Source: Candidatus Omnitrophota bacterium (GTDB lineage Bacteria > Omnitrophota > Gorgyraeia > JAZDFF01). From it: a DNA stretch of 64,000 nucleotides. Numbering within the stretch: position 1 is the stretch's first letter; each line of letters opens with the position of its first letter. The stretch spans positions 26,624-90,623 of the forward strand of contig JAZDFF010000020.1 in assembly GCA_043808095.1 (NCBI GenBank). The letters run 5' to 3'. A program made the translations under genes and the position numbers. The notes beneath the pieces were generated by a model, which ran no database searches, was not told where the DNA came from, and saw only the letters and a program-made list of their open reading frames with translations. Below, in pieces: positions 27,710 to 39,200 of this stretch.

Positions 27710-29593
27710 ATGAAGAAAATAATTTATTTACTAATTTTTATTTATGTAGCCTTCCTCACCTATATTTCTTATTTAAAGTTCATTTCTTATAATTATTACG
27801 ACTTTGACTTGGCCGTCCATGCCCAGGTATTATGGAATATTATCCACGGTTCAATCGACAGTTCAATTTTAGGAATAGGTTTTTTAGGCAATCACGCCCA
27901 TCTGATTCTTTTTTTAATAACTCCGGTATATAAATTATTTGCTCATCCTCTGACCTTATTGTTCCTACAAAGCCTTGTCCTGGGTGTTAGCGCCTACCCT
28001 CTATATTTGCTGACCAAGGATGAGTTGAACGAATTTTGGGGCCTTTTAGTCGTTATATTGTATTTATCCTATCCTGCGCTTGGTTTTGTGAACTTATATG
28101 AATTCCATCCCACGGTTTTTGCAACATTGTTTTTGGCATTAACTTTCTATTATTTTAAGAAAGATGATTTTGGTAAATTTGTTTTGTTTATGGTATTAGC
28201 GCTCTTATGCCAGGAAAATATCGCGCTTTCTATCATTATGTTTGCTGCACTTGCCGCCTTTTTAAAACGAGGGCCTAGGTGGGTATTAGTACCGCTTATT
28301 TCGGGCCTTGCGTATTTTTATTTGTGCGTTGGCTTAATTATGCCCTATTTTAACAAAAATACTATTCAATTTCTTTCTCTTTACGGCCATCTCGGCAATT
28401 CTTTTGGCACGATTTTGGCCTCGATATTATTACATCCTTTAAAGATTTTAAAATTAATATTTGCTACCAATAAAATTATTTACCTTTTTTTGGTTTTCGG
28501 GCCGTTATGTTTTATACCCTTTTTGAGTCCGGGAACATTGATCTTATCATTGCCTTTCTTTTTGCAGCATTTGCTATCGCAGAGGCCCACAGACGTATCG
28601 CTTCAATTTCATTATCTGGCAGAAATTATACCGTTTTTATTTATCGGGTTTATCTACGGGATAAAACGCTTTCTGAATCTGGCCTTTTTAAGGAAATATC
28701 AGTTAATTTTTGCGATTTCACTATTTTCAGCTACTGCCTGCTTTAGCGCATATATCGGGCCGCAGGTCGGGCTATTATTTGCCCGTGGTATGTTAAAAAA
28801 AGACGCCTTAGATAGACAGCGCGACCGGCTCATTGCTATGATCCCTAAAGACGGACCGACAGTAGCCACTTTTCAGTTCCTCTCGCATTTGACTGAGCGA
28901 AAATACCTGTATTCTTTTCACCATGCCTACATCGGCCGATACACCTTGTCTAAAAAGAAATACCAGGTGCCTGAAAATGCCCGCTATGCCTTGATAGATT
29001 TTAATGATCCCCTGACTTTCGGAAGTTTTTATAAGTCTCAAGACAAATCTGTCAATATCAGGAAATTTTTGTCGTCAGATAAATGGGCGGCCGAAGACGT
29101 AGTAAATTCCATTGTTTTTTTCAAAAAAGGCGGCCAGGGTAACCTCGAACTTTATAAGATATTAACTGATAACCCGCATCCAAAGAGAAAAGTTGATGCC
29201 ACAGTTCTTGGTGATATAAAATTTATTGGTTACGATTTTAAACCTGCGCAAAAATGTGGCCTTTTAAATTTTGTATTTTACTGGCAGGGCGTTAAAAAAA
29301 CCGATATGGATATAAATGTTTACTTGGATTTTATTGATGAAGATAACAGGCTGGTCAACAGGATATTCAGTCCGGTTTGTTATAGAATTTATCCCACCAA
29401 TGCCTGGAATGAAGGCGAATTCATCAGGGAGGATAAATACATTATGGCCCCCGATAACCTTAGTGAAGGTTTTTATACCATAAAACTAGGATTCTACGAC
29501 CAAAGGACAGGATTCGCGCTTAGCGCCTCCTCTGACATAAAAGATTTGTTTGATGACAAGGGAAGGATACGACTTCTGACTTTGAATAAATAA
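27710..29593 (+). CDS. DUF2079-like membrane protein (putative GT-C) with a C-terminal periplasmic domain
   Basis: FDLAVHAQVLWN, LGNH, YEFHP and LCQE patterns; multi-TM. Confidence 0.75.
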   Translation: MKKIIYLLIFIYVAFLTYISYLKFISYNYYDFDLAVHAQVLWNIIHGSIDSSILGIGFLGNHAHLILFLITPVYKLFAHPLTLLFLQSLVLGVSAYPLYLLTKDELNEFWGLLVVILYLSYPALGFVNLYEFHPTVFATLFLALTFYYFKKDDFGKFVLFMVLALLCQENIALSIIMFAALAAFLKRGPRWVLVPLISGLAYFYLCVGLIMPYFNKNTIQFLSLYGHLGNSFGTILASILLHPLKILKLIFATNKIIYLFLVFGPLCFIPFLSPGTLILSLPFFLQHLLSQRPTDVSLQFHYLAEIIPFLFIGFIYGIKRFLNLAFLRKYQLIFAISLFSATACFSAYIGPQVGLLFARGMLKKDALDRQRDRLIAMIPKDGPTVATFQFLSHLTERKYLYSFHHAYIGRYTLSKKKYQVPENARYALIDFNDPLTFGSFYKSQDKSVNIRKFLSSDKWAAEDVVNSIVFFKKGGQGNLELYKILTDNPHPKRKVDATVLGDIKFIGYDFKPAQKCGLLNFVFYWQGVKKTDMDINVYLDFIDEDNRLVNRIFSPVCYRIYPTNAWNEGEFIREDKYIMAPDNLSEGFYTIKLGFYDQRTGFALSASSDIKDLFDDKGRIRLLTLNK

Positions 29594-29600
29594 AATTTAG

Positions 29601-29830
29601 AAAGCAAAAACGCAAAATAAGGTAACTATTAAAGATACCGCAGAAACGCAATCCATTCGACTTCACTCTACTTCGACAAGCTCAGTATTCATCCTGAGCG
29701 AGCGAAGCGAGTCGAAGGGCTCAGGATTGCGTCCTGAGCCATTCGACAGGCTCATGATGTTTCTAATAGTGCTGAGCGAAGTCGAAGCATTAATCGAAGG
29801 ACGCAAATAAAAAATTTGGCGGTTTAGCGA
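29601..29830. repeat. CGCAAA-family element with nested GAG..CGA hairpins
   Basis: gcaaaaacgcaaa..ccgcagaaacgcaa[..cttcgacaagctcag..cctgagcgagcgaagcgagtcgaagg..tgctgagcgaagtcgaagca..]..tttggcggtttagcga. Confidence 0.8.
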
Positions 29831-29850
29831 TTAAAAAAGGAGAAGGAAAA

Positions 29851-31533
29851 TTGTTGAGAGAAGTAAAATGTAATCTCTGCGGTTTTAATAAGTATCAGGT
29901 ATTATTCCGCGCCAAAGGCGCCTACAAAGGCGGGATTAGTTCATATACCATTACGGATGACTCAGTGGGTAAGCACGGCCGGATAGTCAAGTGCCATAGG
30001 TGCGGCCTGGTATATGTTAATCCGCGCCCTGGCGAAGAAGAGCTGCTTTCGGCTTATAAAGAAATGAGTGATTCATCATATGCCCAGGAGGAATCAGGCA
30101 GGAGGATTTCCGCAAGGAGGACCTTGAATTTGTTAGAGAAGCTCATAAAGACAAAAGGGAGGATTCTTGATATAGGCGCGGCTTCAGGAATTTTACTCTC
30201 CGAGGCCAAATCCCGGGGCTGGCAAGTTGACGGAGTAGAGTTGTCCCAATGGGCGGTTGATTATGCAAAAAAGCACTATAATATTGATATTTTCTGTGGC
30301 CAATTGAAAGAGGCAAGATTTACCAATTCATATTTTGATGCCGTAGTGATGAAGGAGACCATAGAACACCTCCTGGACCCTAAAGAGATACTGGTTGAGG
30401 TAAGAAGAGTTTTAAAACCCAATGGTATTCTCTGTGTGAATACGCCTGATATTGACAGCCGAATAAGCCGGTTTCTTAAGGCAAGATGGTGGGGGATAAA
30501 GCAGGAGCACATTTTTTATTTTACGCGTAAGACCTTACTAAAGATGCTCGAATCTTGCGGCTTTAAGCCTCTTCGCCTGCGGGGATGTTCGCGTACTTTT
30601 TCTTTTAGATACTGGCTGGATAGGTTTGGTTCTTATAACCGGATAATCTTTAATATTATGAATTTCTTTGTAAAAAATCTGAGTCTTGAAAATTTCCTTG
30701 TAAGTATAAATTTCGCGGATCAGATTGAAGTCTTTGTCAGAAAAAGCCGTAAACTTGAATTTGTCAGTGAGCTGGAGTCCAGGCCGGAGGTCTTAAAAAA
30801 CAAAAGGATGAAAAAGATTGTGGTTTTACCAGCCTATAATGCAGCCAGGACCTTAGAGATGACTCTTAGGGATATTCCCAGAGAGATTATCGATGAGATT
30901 ATCCTGGTTGATGATGTAAGCACTGATAATACGGTTGAGATTGCCCAGAAACTCGGCCTTAAAGTTATCCGGCATAATAAAAATATGGGCTATGGAGCAA
31001 ACCAGAAAACCTGTTATACTAAGGCCCTTTCAATGGGCGCGGATATTGTGGTGATGGTCCATCCGGATTATCAATATGACCCGACGGTAATTCCTCATTT
31101 GATTGAGCCGATTGAAAAAGGTAATGCTGACGCGGTATTCGGTTCGCGGATGATGAAGGGTGGGGCCCTCGAAGGGGGGATGCCGCTCTGGAAGCATAAT
31201 GCCAATATCCTGTTGACCGCCTTAGAGAATGTGATTCTCGGGACATATCTATCCGAATATCATTCAGGCTTTAGGGCCTACAGTGCCCAATATTTAAGGA
31301 CGGTTAACTTTATGGCTAATTCTGATGGTTTTGTCTTTGATACCGAGATAATCGTTCAGGGCGTGTTGCACTATTTAAAGATAGAAGAGATACCTATTCG
31401 CACCCGTTACTTTGACGAGGCCTCTTCGATTAAATTTTTGCCTTCAGTAATTTATGGCTTCGGCATATTAAAAACGCTCCTAAAATATCTCTTGCATACC
31501 AGGGGAATTATCCGGTTTAAACAATTCAAATAG
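29851..31533 (+). CDS. Fusion of a class I SAM methyltransferase (N-terminal Zn-ribbon) and a GT2 Dpm1-like glycosyltransferase
   Basis: CNLCG..CHRCG and LDIGAASG; then VLPAYNA, LVDDVSTD, GYGANQK, HPDYQY and GFRAY. Confidence 0.88.
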   Translation: MLREVKCNLCGFNKYQVLFRAKGAYKGGISSYTITDDSVGKHGRIVKCHRCGLVYVNPRPGEEELLSAYKEMSDSSYAQEESGRRISARRTLNLLEKLIKTKGRILDIGAASGILLSEAKSRGWQVDGVELSQWAVDYAKKHYNIDIFCGQLKEARFTNSYFDAVVMKETIEHLLDPKEILVEVRRVLKPNGILCVNTPDIDSRISRFLKARWWGIKQEHIFYFTRKTLLKMLESCGFKPLRLRGCSRTFSFRYWLDRFGSYNRIIFNIMNFFVKNLSLENFLVSINFADQIEVFVRKSRKLEFVSELESRPEVLKNKRMKKIVVLPAYNAARTLEMTLRDIPREIIDEIILVDDVSTDNTVEIAQKLGLKVIRHNKNMGYGANQKTCYTKALSMGADIVVMVHPDYQYDPTVIPHLIEPIEKGNADAVFGSRMMKGGALEGGMPLWKHNANILLTALENVILGTYLSEYHSGFRAYSAQYLRTVNFMANSDGFVFDTEIIVQGVLHYLKIEEIPIRTRYFDEASSIKFLPSVIYGFGILKTLLKYLLHTRGIIRFKQFK

Positions 31534-31540
31534 TAAAATT

Positions 31541-31648
31541 CCATGGTCTCTCCAGACCATGGCTTCTTTTCTTCCGGGTTTCCCGACGTTTCGCTTCGCT
31601 TCAGTCGGGATACCCCGACCCCCTACGAGAAGTCGGGGTGTCGGGGTA
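31541..31648. repeat. Cluster of palindromes (CCCGAC..GTCGGG family, one nested in another)
   Basis: ccatggtct..agaccatgg; tcccgac..gtcggga; taccccgac[cccctacgagaagtcggggt]gtcggggta. Confidence 0.75.
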
Positions 31649-31676
31649 AAAAGCACGATTAAGGAAACTCGCAATT

Positions 31677-32867
31677 ATGAAAATTAATTTTAAACCCATT
31701 TTTTTAATACTTTTTATTGCGCTTATTGTCCGAATGATTCCTGTTGTATTTGGTTCAGACCAAAATGCCGACATAATGCTATATAAAAAACAGGCGTATC
31801 CCGTGCTTAATCATTTAAATATCTATAAAGTAACGCACAAAGTCTTTCCTTATTGCCCTATTTCTATGTTTCTGCCTGCTGCCTGTCTTATTATTTCTGA
31901 CCTTTTTGGATTACCGTTTCATATAACTATAAAATTACCCGCTATCCTGGCAGATGCATTGATTGCGGTATCGATTTATCTTATCATGCTAAAGATGAAG
32001 GAGAAAAATGCCCTATTCTGGGCATTATTATATGCCTTAAATCCAGTATCTATTCTTATTAGCGCATTTCATGGAAATATTATGCCTTTGCCGGCCCTAT
32101 TTACCTTATTGGCTTATAGCGTATTATTATTTGGCGTCGATAAAAATTACCGTCTTTCAGCACTATTGCTGGGACTGGCGATAGGCCTAAGGGGTTATCC
32201 CCTGTTGCTCCTTCCATTATTTCTTGTTAAAATGCAGATTTCTTTTAAAAGAAAAATAATTTATCTAATCTATTGTTTATTACCAGTTATATTGGCGTTT
32301 ATCCCGTTTTTAATTTTAGATTACGGGTCTGTTATTAAAGAGGTATTTAATTACAGCGGGGGTATGGATTACGGTTTTGGGGCCTTTATGAGGACGTTAT
32401 ACTCGCTGAAATTAAATATGCTGATTTATGAACCGATTAGGCCAGACAGAGCAAGTCAGGAATTATTTGAGATAACAAAGTTTATATTTATGCTGGTTTA
32501 TTTTGTATTATTGTCATTTTCTAGAAAGAGAAAATTGATTGATTCCATAGTTTTAACTTTTCTGGCATTTTATGTTATCTATGTAGGCGTAGCTTCTCAG
32601 TATCTTATTTGGATATTGCCCTTTGCATTCCTGATGAGAGACAGATTTCTTTATCTGTTCATTATTTTTGCCTCAGGCGCTTTAATTAATTTTTATTTAA
32701 CGTTCTATCCGAAAATAATCTTTGGAATTTTCAACGTTATGAATTTTAATTTACATTGTCTTTTATTAGGCCGGTCAATCCTACTTTTTTCTTTATGGTC
32801 TATATGTATTATATGGATGTTATCTTTAATTAGAAAAAAACAGACCGAGAAAGGCCTTCTTATCTAA
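31677..32867 (+). CDS. GT-C fold membrane glycosyltransferase (GT87/PIG-M-like)
   Basis: FPYCP, KLPAILAD, YALNPVSILISAFHG and QYLIWILP patterns. Confidence 0.7.
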   Translation: MKINFKPIFLILFIALIVRMIPVVFGSDQNADIMLYKKQAYPVLNHLNIYKVTHKVFPYCPISMFLPAACLIISDLFGLPFHITIKLPAILADALIAVSIYLIMLKMKEKNALFWALLYALNPVSILISAFHGNIMPLPALFTLLAYSVLLFGVDKNYRLSALLLGLAIGLRGYPLLLLPLFLVKMQISFKRKIIYLIYCLLPVILAFIPFLILDYGSVIKEVFNYSGGMDYGFGAFMRTLYSLKLNMLIYEPIRPDRASQELFEITKFIFMLVYFVLLSFSRKRKLIDSIVLTFLAFYVIYVGVASQYLIWILPFAFLMRDRFLYLFIIFASGALINFYLTFYPKIIFGIFNVMNFNLHCLLLGRSILLFSLWSICIIWMLSLIRKKQTEKGLLI

Positions 32868-32875
32868 AAATGAAC

Positions 32876-32925
32876 AGCCCTTCACGAAATTAACCTAAGG
32901 GCTGGACGAATTTTGTGAAGCCCTA
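32876..32925. repeat. Short hairpin remnant related to the ends of the 39201-39406 element
   Basis: cttcacgaaatt..aattttgtgaagccctataaa versus cttttgtgacgccctataaa. Confidence 0.5.
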
Positions 32926-33101
32926 TAAAAATGAATAAAGTGATTACTTACATAATTAAAGGTCTGATCAATTCAAGATTATCTGAAAAAGTTATTTATT
33001 GCTTTTATATCCTTTTTTATATATTCGAAGTGATATTTGTCCTAAATATTCCAAGATAATCCTTTTTGATTACTTAAGGTGTTCTAAGAATCGCCTCAAA
33101 A

Positions 33102-35900
33102 ATGAATGACCAAGCCTATATCATTATTAAAAACGCCAAAGAGCATAATCTCAAGAATATAGACCTGAGGTTGCCGCGAAATAAGCTTATTGTAATTACT
33201 GGGCTTTCAGGTTCAGGCAAGTCTAGCCTTGCCTTTGATACGATATATGCCGAAGGCCAGCGCAGATACGTTGAGAGCCTTTCTGCCTATGCCCGCCAGT
33301 TTTTAGAACAGCTCCAAAAGCCTGATGTAGAGAATATTGAAGGGCTTTCACCGGCCATAGCCATTGAGCAAAGAACCGCAAGTTCAAATCCCCGTTCTAC
33401 AGTTGGCACCCAGACAGAGATCTATGATTATTTAAGGCTGCTTTTTGCCCGCATCGGAACGATTTATTGTCACAAATGCGGCCAGGCCGTAAAGAGGCAA
33501 TCTTCCCAGGAGATTGTCCGAAAGGTATTGGCCTTACCAGAGGGCTCCAAGATTGAGGTCCTGGCCCCGGTAGTCCGTGGACGCAAAGGCCAATATCAGG
33601 AATTATTTAGCCAGATCCGAAAAGACGGGTTTTTGCGGGTGAGGGTAGACGCTAAATCCCATGAATTACGAGAGGAGATCAAGTTAGACAAATATAAAAT
33701 TCATAATATTGAGATAGTTGTAGATAGATTGGTCATTGATCCCAGGATTAAAAAACGCCTTACCGACTCAATCGAGACGGCGTTGAAAGTAGGTAAGTCG
33801 ATAGTAATGATTAGCCAGGCAGGTTCTCGAAAGAAAGACTTGATTTTTAGTGAAGTATATTCCTGCGCACGATGCGGAATTAATTATACAGAAGTCGAAC
33901 CCCGGATATTTTCTTTTAATTCGCCTTACGGGGCCTGTCCCAGTTGCAACGGCCTAGGGACCAAGATGGAGATTGACCTTGATTTAGTCATCCCGGACAA
34001 AAACAAAAGCATTCAAGATGGAGCAATCGAGGCCTGGCGCAGGGGCGGCAGAGGCTACATCCTTTATTACAGAAGTCTATTGCGCGAACTTTCCTATCGA
34101 TTGGGATTTAGTTTGGATACTGCGTTTAACAAGTTGCCTAAAAATATTCAAGATAGCATACTCTTTGGATGCCATGAAGAGATCTGGGGCAAGGAGTTTG
34201 AAGGGGTTATTCCTAATTTAGAAAGGCTATTTCACCAGACTAAGAGCGATTTTTTAAAAGAGGAGATTTCAAAATTGATGTCTAGCCTTCCTTGTCCTGA
34301 TTGTAACGGCTGCCGGTTGAAAAAAGAGAGCCTGTCCATAAAAATTAATAATCTTTCCATCTGGGGCGTTTCTCATATGTCCATAAAACAGGCCTATGAT
34401 TTTTTCTCTAATTTAAAACTCACGGATAAAGAACAACAGATTGCCAGGCAAGTTTTAAAAGAGATAGTCAACAGGCTAACTTTTTGTATTGATGTGGGTT
34501 TAGATTATTTGACCCTGGACAGGAAAAGCAGCACACTTTCAGGAGGCGAGGCCCAGAGGATTAGGCTGGCTACGCAGGTCGGCTCTCGTCTTGTAGGGGT
34601 AATCTATATATTGGATGAACCGAGTATCGGACTGCATCAAAAAGACAATCAAAAATTGCTACTTACCTTAAAGATGCTGCGCGATTTGGGCAACACGGTT
34701 TTGGTGGTTGAGCATGACGAGGCAACCATAAGGGCCGCTGACTATATTGTGGATTTAGGGCCAGGCGCAGGCGCCTTGGGCGGGGAGGTGCTTTACGAAG
34801 GGCCTTTAGAGGGCTTGTTAAAATCAACTGACTCTTTAACAGGGAAATACTTGAGAGGCGAACTTAAAATCGGGATTCCTGCACGACGAAAGCTCAGCAT
34901 TCGAAAGTTCCTTTTGATAAAGGGTGCCAGAGAACACAACCTAAAGAATATTGATGTCAGAATTCCCTTGGGTGCTTTTGTCTGCTGTTGCGGTGTCTCA
35001 GGCTCAGGAAAGTCCACATTAATAGATGAGATACTCTATCGTGGGCTTTGCAGGCTACTCTATAAATCCAAAGTTAAACCAGGCGCTCATGATCAAATTT
35101 TAGGCCATGAATTTATTGACAAGGTTATTGTGGTAGACCAGTCTCCTATTGGTAGGACGCCGCGTTCAAACCCGGTAACCTACACCGGAGTTTTCGCACC
35201 TATAAGAGAATTATTCAACCAATTACCCCAGGCACGTCTTAGGGGGTATAAACCCGGAAGGTTTAGTTTTAATGTCAAAGGCGGAAGATGCGAGGAGTGT
35301 TTAGGAGACGGGATTAAAAAAATAGAGATGCACTTTTTACCTGATGTCTATGTAAGGTGCGAGGTCTGCAAGGGTCAAAGATTTAATGAACAGACCTTAG
35401 AGGTAAAATTTAAAGGCAGGTCCATCGCTGATGTCTTAGATATGTCTGTGGACGAGGCGCTGGTTTTGTTTGAGAATATACCCAAGGTAAAATCGATTTT
35501 GTCTACCTTAAGCGATGTGGGGTTGGGTTATATAAAATTGGGCCAGTCTGCTACGACTCTTTCCGGAGGAGAGGCGCAAAGAGTAAAATTAGCCGAGCAA
35601 CTATGCCGGCGTTCAACCGGTAGGACCGTTTACATCCTTGATGAACCTACTACGGGATTACATTTTGCCGATGTTGATAAGCTATTAATTGTTTTACATA
35701 GACTTGTCGAATCGGGCAATACGGTTATTGTCATAGAGCACAATCTCGAAGTCATAAAGTCCTGTGATTATGTTATTGATCTTGGCCCAGACGGAGGCGA
35801 AGCTGGCGGAAGGCTCCTGGCAAGCGGCCCACCAGAGGATATTGCTAAACACAAAACTTCTTACACCGGCCAGTATCTAAAAAAGGTATTGAAGAAATAA
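33102..35900 (+). CDS. uvrA: Excinuclease ABC subunit A
   Basis: Two GxSGSGKS Walker A motifs, LSGGEAQR x2 and zinc fingers. Confidence 0.98.
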   Translation: MNDQAYIIIKNAKEHNLKNIDLRLPRNKLIVITGLSGSGKSSLAFDTIYAEGQRRYVESLSAYARQFLEQLQKPDVENIEGLSPAIAIEQRTASSNPRSTVGTQTEIYDYLRLLFARIGTIYCHKCGQAVKRQSSQEIVRKVLALPEGSKIEVLAPVVRGRKGQYQELFSQIRKDGFLRVRVDAKSHELREEIKLDKYKIHNIEIVVDRLVIDPRIKKRLTDSIETALKVGKSIVMISQAGSRKKDLIFSEVYSCARCGINYTEVEPRIFSFNSPYGACPSCNGLGTKMEIDLDLVIPDKNKSIQDGAIEAWRRGGRGYILYYRSLLRELSYRLGFSLDTAFNKLPKNIQDSILFGCHEEIWGKEFEGVIPNLERLFHQTKSDFLKEEISKLMSSLPCPDCNGCRLKKESLSIKINNLSIWGVSHMSIKQAYDFFSNLKLTDKEQQIARQVLKEIVNRLTFCIDVGLDYLTLDRKSSTLSGGEAQRIRLATQVGSRLVGVIYILDEPSIGLHQKDNQKLLLTLKMLRDLGNTVLVVEHDEATIRAADYIVDLGPGAGALGGEVLYEGPLEGLLKSTDSLTGKYLRGELKIGIPARRKLSIRKFLLIKGAREHNLKNIDVRIPLGAFVCCCGVSGSGKSTLIDEILYRGLCRLLYKSKVKPGAHDQILGHEFIDKVIVVDQSPIGRTPRSNPVTYTGVFAPIRELFNQLPQARLRGYKPGRFSFNVKGGRCEECLGDGIKKIEMHFLPDVYVRCEVCKGQRFNEQTLEVKFKGRSIADVLDMSVDEALVLFENIPKVKSILSTLSDVGLGYIKLGQSATTLSGGEAQRVKLAEQLCRRSTGRTVYILDEPTTGLHFADVDKLLIVLHRLVESGNTVIVIEHNLEVIKSCDYVIDLGPDGGEAGGRLLASGPPEDIAKHKTSYTGQYLKKVLKK

Positions 35901-35941
35901 ATCCTAGATGTTATATTACTTACAAATTTATTGAAAAAGCA

Positions 35942-38395
35942 ATGGGAATAAAAAAAATAATTATTTTAGTTTTAGTGAGCGGATTTTGGTTATTGCAGCC
36001 GGCTGTCTCTTGCGCTGCCGACAAACAAGAGGAAGATTTTTTTGTGGCGCAAAAGGCGTTTTCCGATGGTTTTTACGAGCTGGCACTTGAATCAATTGGT
36101 AATTTTTTAAAGTCCTATCCCAATAGTCCAAAGATTTTTGAGGCCTACTTTCTTAGAGGTAAGTGCCTGCTTTATCAAGAAAAATATTCTGAGGCCTTTC
36201 TTGAATTTGAAAGACTAAAAGATTTACCTGGTTCGCAAAATTTTAAGGACGCGATTGGTTATTGGTCGGCTGAGACGTATTTTAAAAGCGGGAATTTAAA
36301 AGAGGCAAAAAAACTATACGAAGGACTAATCAAAAATTTCCCTCAATCAAGTTATGTGCCTTTTGTTTATTATTCTCTTGGCTGGTCTTTTTTCCAAGAG
36401 GATAATTTCCCCGAAGCCTTAAAGTATCTTAAAAAAATAAGGGAGCAATTTCCTAATCATGATCTTGCAGAAGATGCTGAAATTAAAATCTGCGAGTCAT
36501 TCTACAATCTTAAAGACTACACCAATCTTAGAAACACCTTAACCCGTTTTTTGAAAGAATATCCGCGCTCCTTGAAAAAATCACAGGCCTTGTTTTATTT
36601 AGCCGAGTCCGAATATTATTTAGGAGATTATTCTAACGCAATTAATGATTACCTGCGTACTATCGAGGCTTCAAAAGGCTCTTCTAGGAAATATTTGACA
36701 GATTTGGCTAAGCTTGGCATAGGCTGGTGTTATATCAAGCTTAACAATTTAACCAAGGCCCAAAACTACTTAAATCAGTTATCTTCGGACCTGGCGTTTT
36801 TGGCCAAAGCCACCTTATTTACTAATCAAAAGGAATATGAAAAGGCCTTAGGCCTCTACGAAGAACTTATTAAAGAATTTCCGAATTCAAGCTGTATAAT
36901 TGAGGCACTTCTTGGCAAGGCGGATTGTCTTTATGAGCTAAACAAATCACAAGAGTCCATTTCAGTTTATCAAGAGGTCTTAGAAAGAATCCAAAAATTG
37001 CCTTCCGAGGCAAGGGATCTATTGGATAAAGTGCATAATGGCCTGGCAGCAGTTTATTTAAAATTAGGCCGCTATAAAGAGGCTGTTTTAGAGTTGGAGG
37101 ATTTGGCCCAGAACTCCCAAGATAAAATAGTCAGGTTAAGCGCAATGTGCCGGATTGCAGATACCCTTAGGCATAATTCCCAATTTCAGGAGGCGGTTAA
37201 AACATATAATCAGATTCTTAAGGATTTTCCGAATAATTCTTATTCTGATTATCTCCAATATCATTTGGGTTTAACCCTGATAGAGCTAGGCCAATACGAT
37301 GAGGCACTTAATGCCTTTGGTAGTCTGATTGCTAATTTTCCTAACAGCGGGTTATTCGAGGAGGCGCATTTTCAATTAGGCATGGTCTATTTTAAAAAGG
37401 GAGATTTTTTAGAGGCAAAAGATCTTTTTCATGATTTTTCTATTAAATTTAACAACAGTCCTTTAAAGAATGAAGCATTATATCTTGTGGGAGAATCCTT
37501 TTATAATCTCGGTGACTATAAAGAGGCAATCAATATCTTCCAAACAATACTGAACGAAAGTCCCGAGGACTTGAAGCTTGCAGAGACTGTAGAATTTGAG
37601 ATAGCCAATATTTTAAATCAGATAGGGGAAAGCAAAGAGGCCATAAAAAGATTGAATAACTTTGTTAATAATCATCCTGATTCTGAATTGAGGCCTCAGG
37701 TTCTGTTATGGCTGGGTAGGTATTATACCGAAAATGGCGTTTTTGATATGGCCAGGAGGAATCTCTGGAAGTTAATCAGGGAACATCCTGCCAGCCAGTT
37801 TATCGATGATGCCTTCTATTACATCGGAGAGATCTATTTGTCGGAAAATAAATTCGATTTAGCACTAAGGCAATTTCAGAGGGTCTTGGAATTCGCTGAT
37901 ACCAATTTGGCCAAAGATGCGTATATGGGGATAATTGATATTTATAAAGCCAAGGATAATATTGACGGGGCTATATCTACTTGTAATGAATTAATAGCTA
38001 AGTTTCCTGATTCCAAACCAGTTGCTTTTGAAAAAAAGGCTGATGTTTATAAGGCGTTTGACCGATATCAGGAGGCGATAATCAATTATCTTAAGGCGAT
38101 AAATATTTCCTCAAGCAGCCAATTGTATTTTAAACTGGCTGATTCTTATGAAGAAAAAGGCGATCTCGAAGAGGCCATAAAGTCATATCTGGAGATTGGC
38201 GAGTTGTATCCTAAGGATACCCATTGGGTAGTTAAGGCGTATTTACGCAGCGCGCGGATTTTTGAAAATAAGCGCCAATATAGTGAGGCAGAAAATATTT
38301 ATGAAAAGCTCGCAGCGATGGATGTAGAAGAGGCAAAATTCGCAAAAGAAAAACTCTTATCTCTTAAACAGGAAATGATTAAAGGGGGCCAATAA
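35942..38395 (+). CDS. Exported tetratricopeptide-repeat protein (BamD/CpoB-like repeats)
   Basis: Signal peptide followed by many TPRs ending in FP.S. Confidence 0.9.
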   Translation: MGIKKIIILVLVSGFWLLQPAVSCAADKQEEDFFVAQKAFSDGFYELALESIGNFLKSYPNSPKIFEAYFLRGKCLLYQEKYSEAFLEFERLKDLPGSQNFKDAIGYWSAETYFKSGNLKEAKKLYEGLIKNFPQSSYVPFVYYSLGWSFFQEDNFPEALKYLKKIREQFPNHDLAEDAEIKICESFYNLKDYTNLRNTLTRFLKEYPRSLKKSQALFYLAESEYYLGDYSNAINDYLRTIEASKGSSRKYLTDLAKLGIGWCYIKLNNLTKAQNYLNQLSSDLAFLAKATLFTNQKEYEKALGLYEELIKEFPNSSCIIEALLGKADCLYELNKSQESISVYQEVLERIQKLPSEARDLLDKVHNGLAAVYLKLGRYKEAVLELEDLAQNSQDKIVRLSAMCRIADTLRHNSQFQEAVKTYNQILKDFPNNSYSDYLQYHLGLTLIELGQYDEALNAFGSLIANFPNSGLFEEAHFQLGMVYFKKGDFLEAKDLFHDFSIKFNNSPLKNEALYLVGESFYNLGDYKEAINIFQTILNESPEDLKLAETVEFEIANILNQIGESKEAIKRLNNFVNNHPDSELRPQVLLWLGRYYTENGVFDMARRNLWKLIREHPASQFIDDAFYYIGEIYLSENKFDLALRQFQRVLEFADTNLAKDAYMGIIDIYKAKDNIDGAISTCNELIAKFPDSKPVAFEKKADVYKAFDRYQEAIINYLKAINISSSSQLYFKLADSYEEKGDLEEAIKSYLEIGELYPKDTHWVVKAYLRSARIFENKRQYSEAENIYEKLAAMDVEEAKFAKEKLLSLKQEMIKGGQ

Positions 38396-38405
38396 AAAAT
38401 TTAGT

Positions 38406-38433
38406 TTGCAAATTAAATTAATTAAGTTATAAT
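38406..38433 (+). promoter_or_regulatory. Probable sigma70 promoter
   Basis: TTGCAA-16bp-TATAAT directly before scaffold copy E. Confidence 0.55.
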
Positions 38434-38437
38434 ATCA

Positions 38438-38596
38438 AATGAAGCCACGACTTATAGAGCGATAGCGCCCGCCACAAATCATTGGCGGATCCGTCTAATA
38501 TTTAGTGGCGGAAACATAAATCGTGTGGTTTAATCCGCACTTATAGCTTCCGTCGCCAAAAGATTAATCGATAGCTCCGTAAGTTATGTGCTCATT
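38438..38596. repeat. ATGA...TCAT scaffold element (copy E) with a nested double hairpin
   Basis: aatga-[agccacga..cccgcca..tggcggatccgtc..ggcgga..tcgtgtggtt]..[gcac..gtgc]-tcatt; the core is shared with 55809-55870. Confidence 0.8.
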
Positions 38597-38611
38597 AGAG
38601 GAGGCGTTTAG

Positions 38612-38815
38612 ATGATTATTGAAATTGGGATTGTAGCCGGAGATATCTGGCACTATCTGGATACTCATGGAGAGGTTGGTTTAGCCAGTATGATTACAGG
38701 CATAGATAAGCCACGGGAGTTGGTTTTAATGAGCCTAGGATGGCTGGCCAGAGAAGGCCATGTCATTTTGACCCAAGAGTCAGGAGATTACCATATCAGT
38801 CTACGTAGAGGTTGA
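38612..38815 (+). CDS. Small winged-helix protein (DUF2582-like)
   Basis: IG..AG.IW.YL...LGWLAREG pattern; GGAGG SD. Confidence 0.85.
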   Translation: MIIEIGIVAGDIWHYLDTHGEVGLASMITGIDKPRELVLMSLGWLAREGHVILTQESGDYHISLRRG

Positions 38816-39148
38816 ATGGTCCACTTTAAGATAAATAATGCGGCCGTGGCCTTAGTCACTGTTATCGTGTTTGTTTTGCTTTCTACCATTATTGCTGTTG
38901 CTTTATTTTCATTGATGACTAATGAAGCCAGGCTCATAGAACATCAGATAAGGCGTATCCGGGCGATGTATGCTGCTGAATCAGGAATACAGCAGGCAAT
39001 GTGGCAGCTTCGACAAAATCCTCCTCAAGCTGTTACTAATCTCACTGTTTTTGGCTCCGTGCCTTTGGATGTAACGGTGACGGATAATCCCGGAGGCCCT
39101 TCAGGAACACGCATTATCAGTGCAACAGTCAACTACCAGGTTTTTTAA
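38816..39148 (+). CDS. PilX-like minor pilin
   Basis: Hydrophobic N-terminal helix followed by A.YAAESGI..A (PilX N-terminal signature). Confidence 0.7.
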   Translation: MVHFKINNAAVALVTVIVFVLLSTIIAVALFSLMTNEARLIEHQIRRIRAMYAAESGIQQAMWQLRQNPPQAVTNLTVFGSVPLDVTVTDNPGGPSGTRIISATVNYQVF

Positions 39149-39200
39149 TTAATCCCTCCTAGAATTACTCTTACCAAATCAAATCCTATTCTAAATAATT

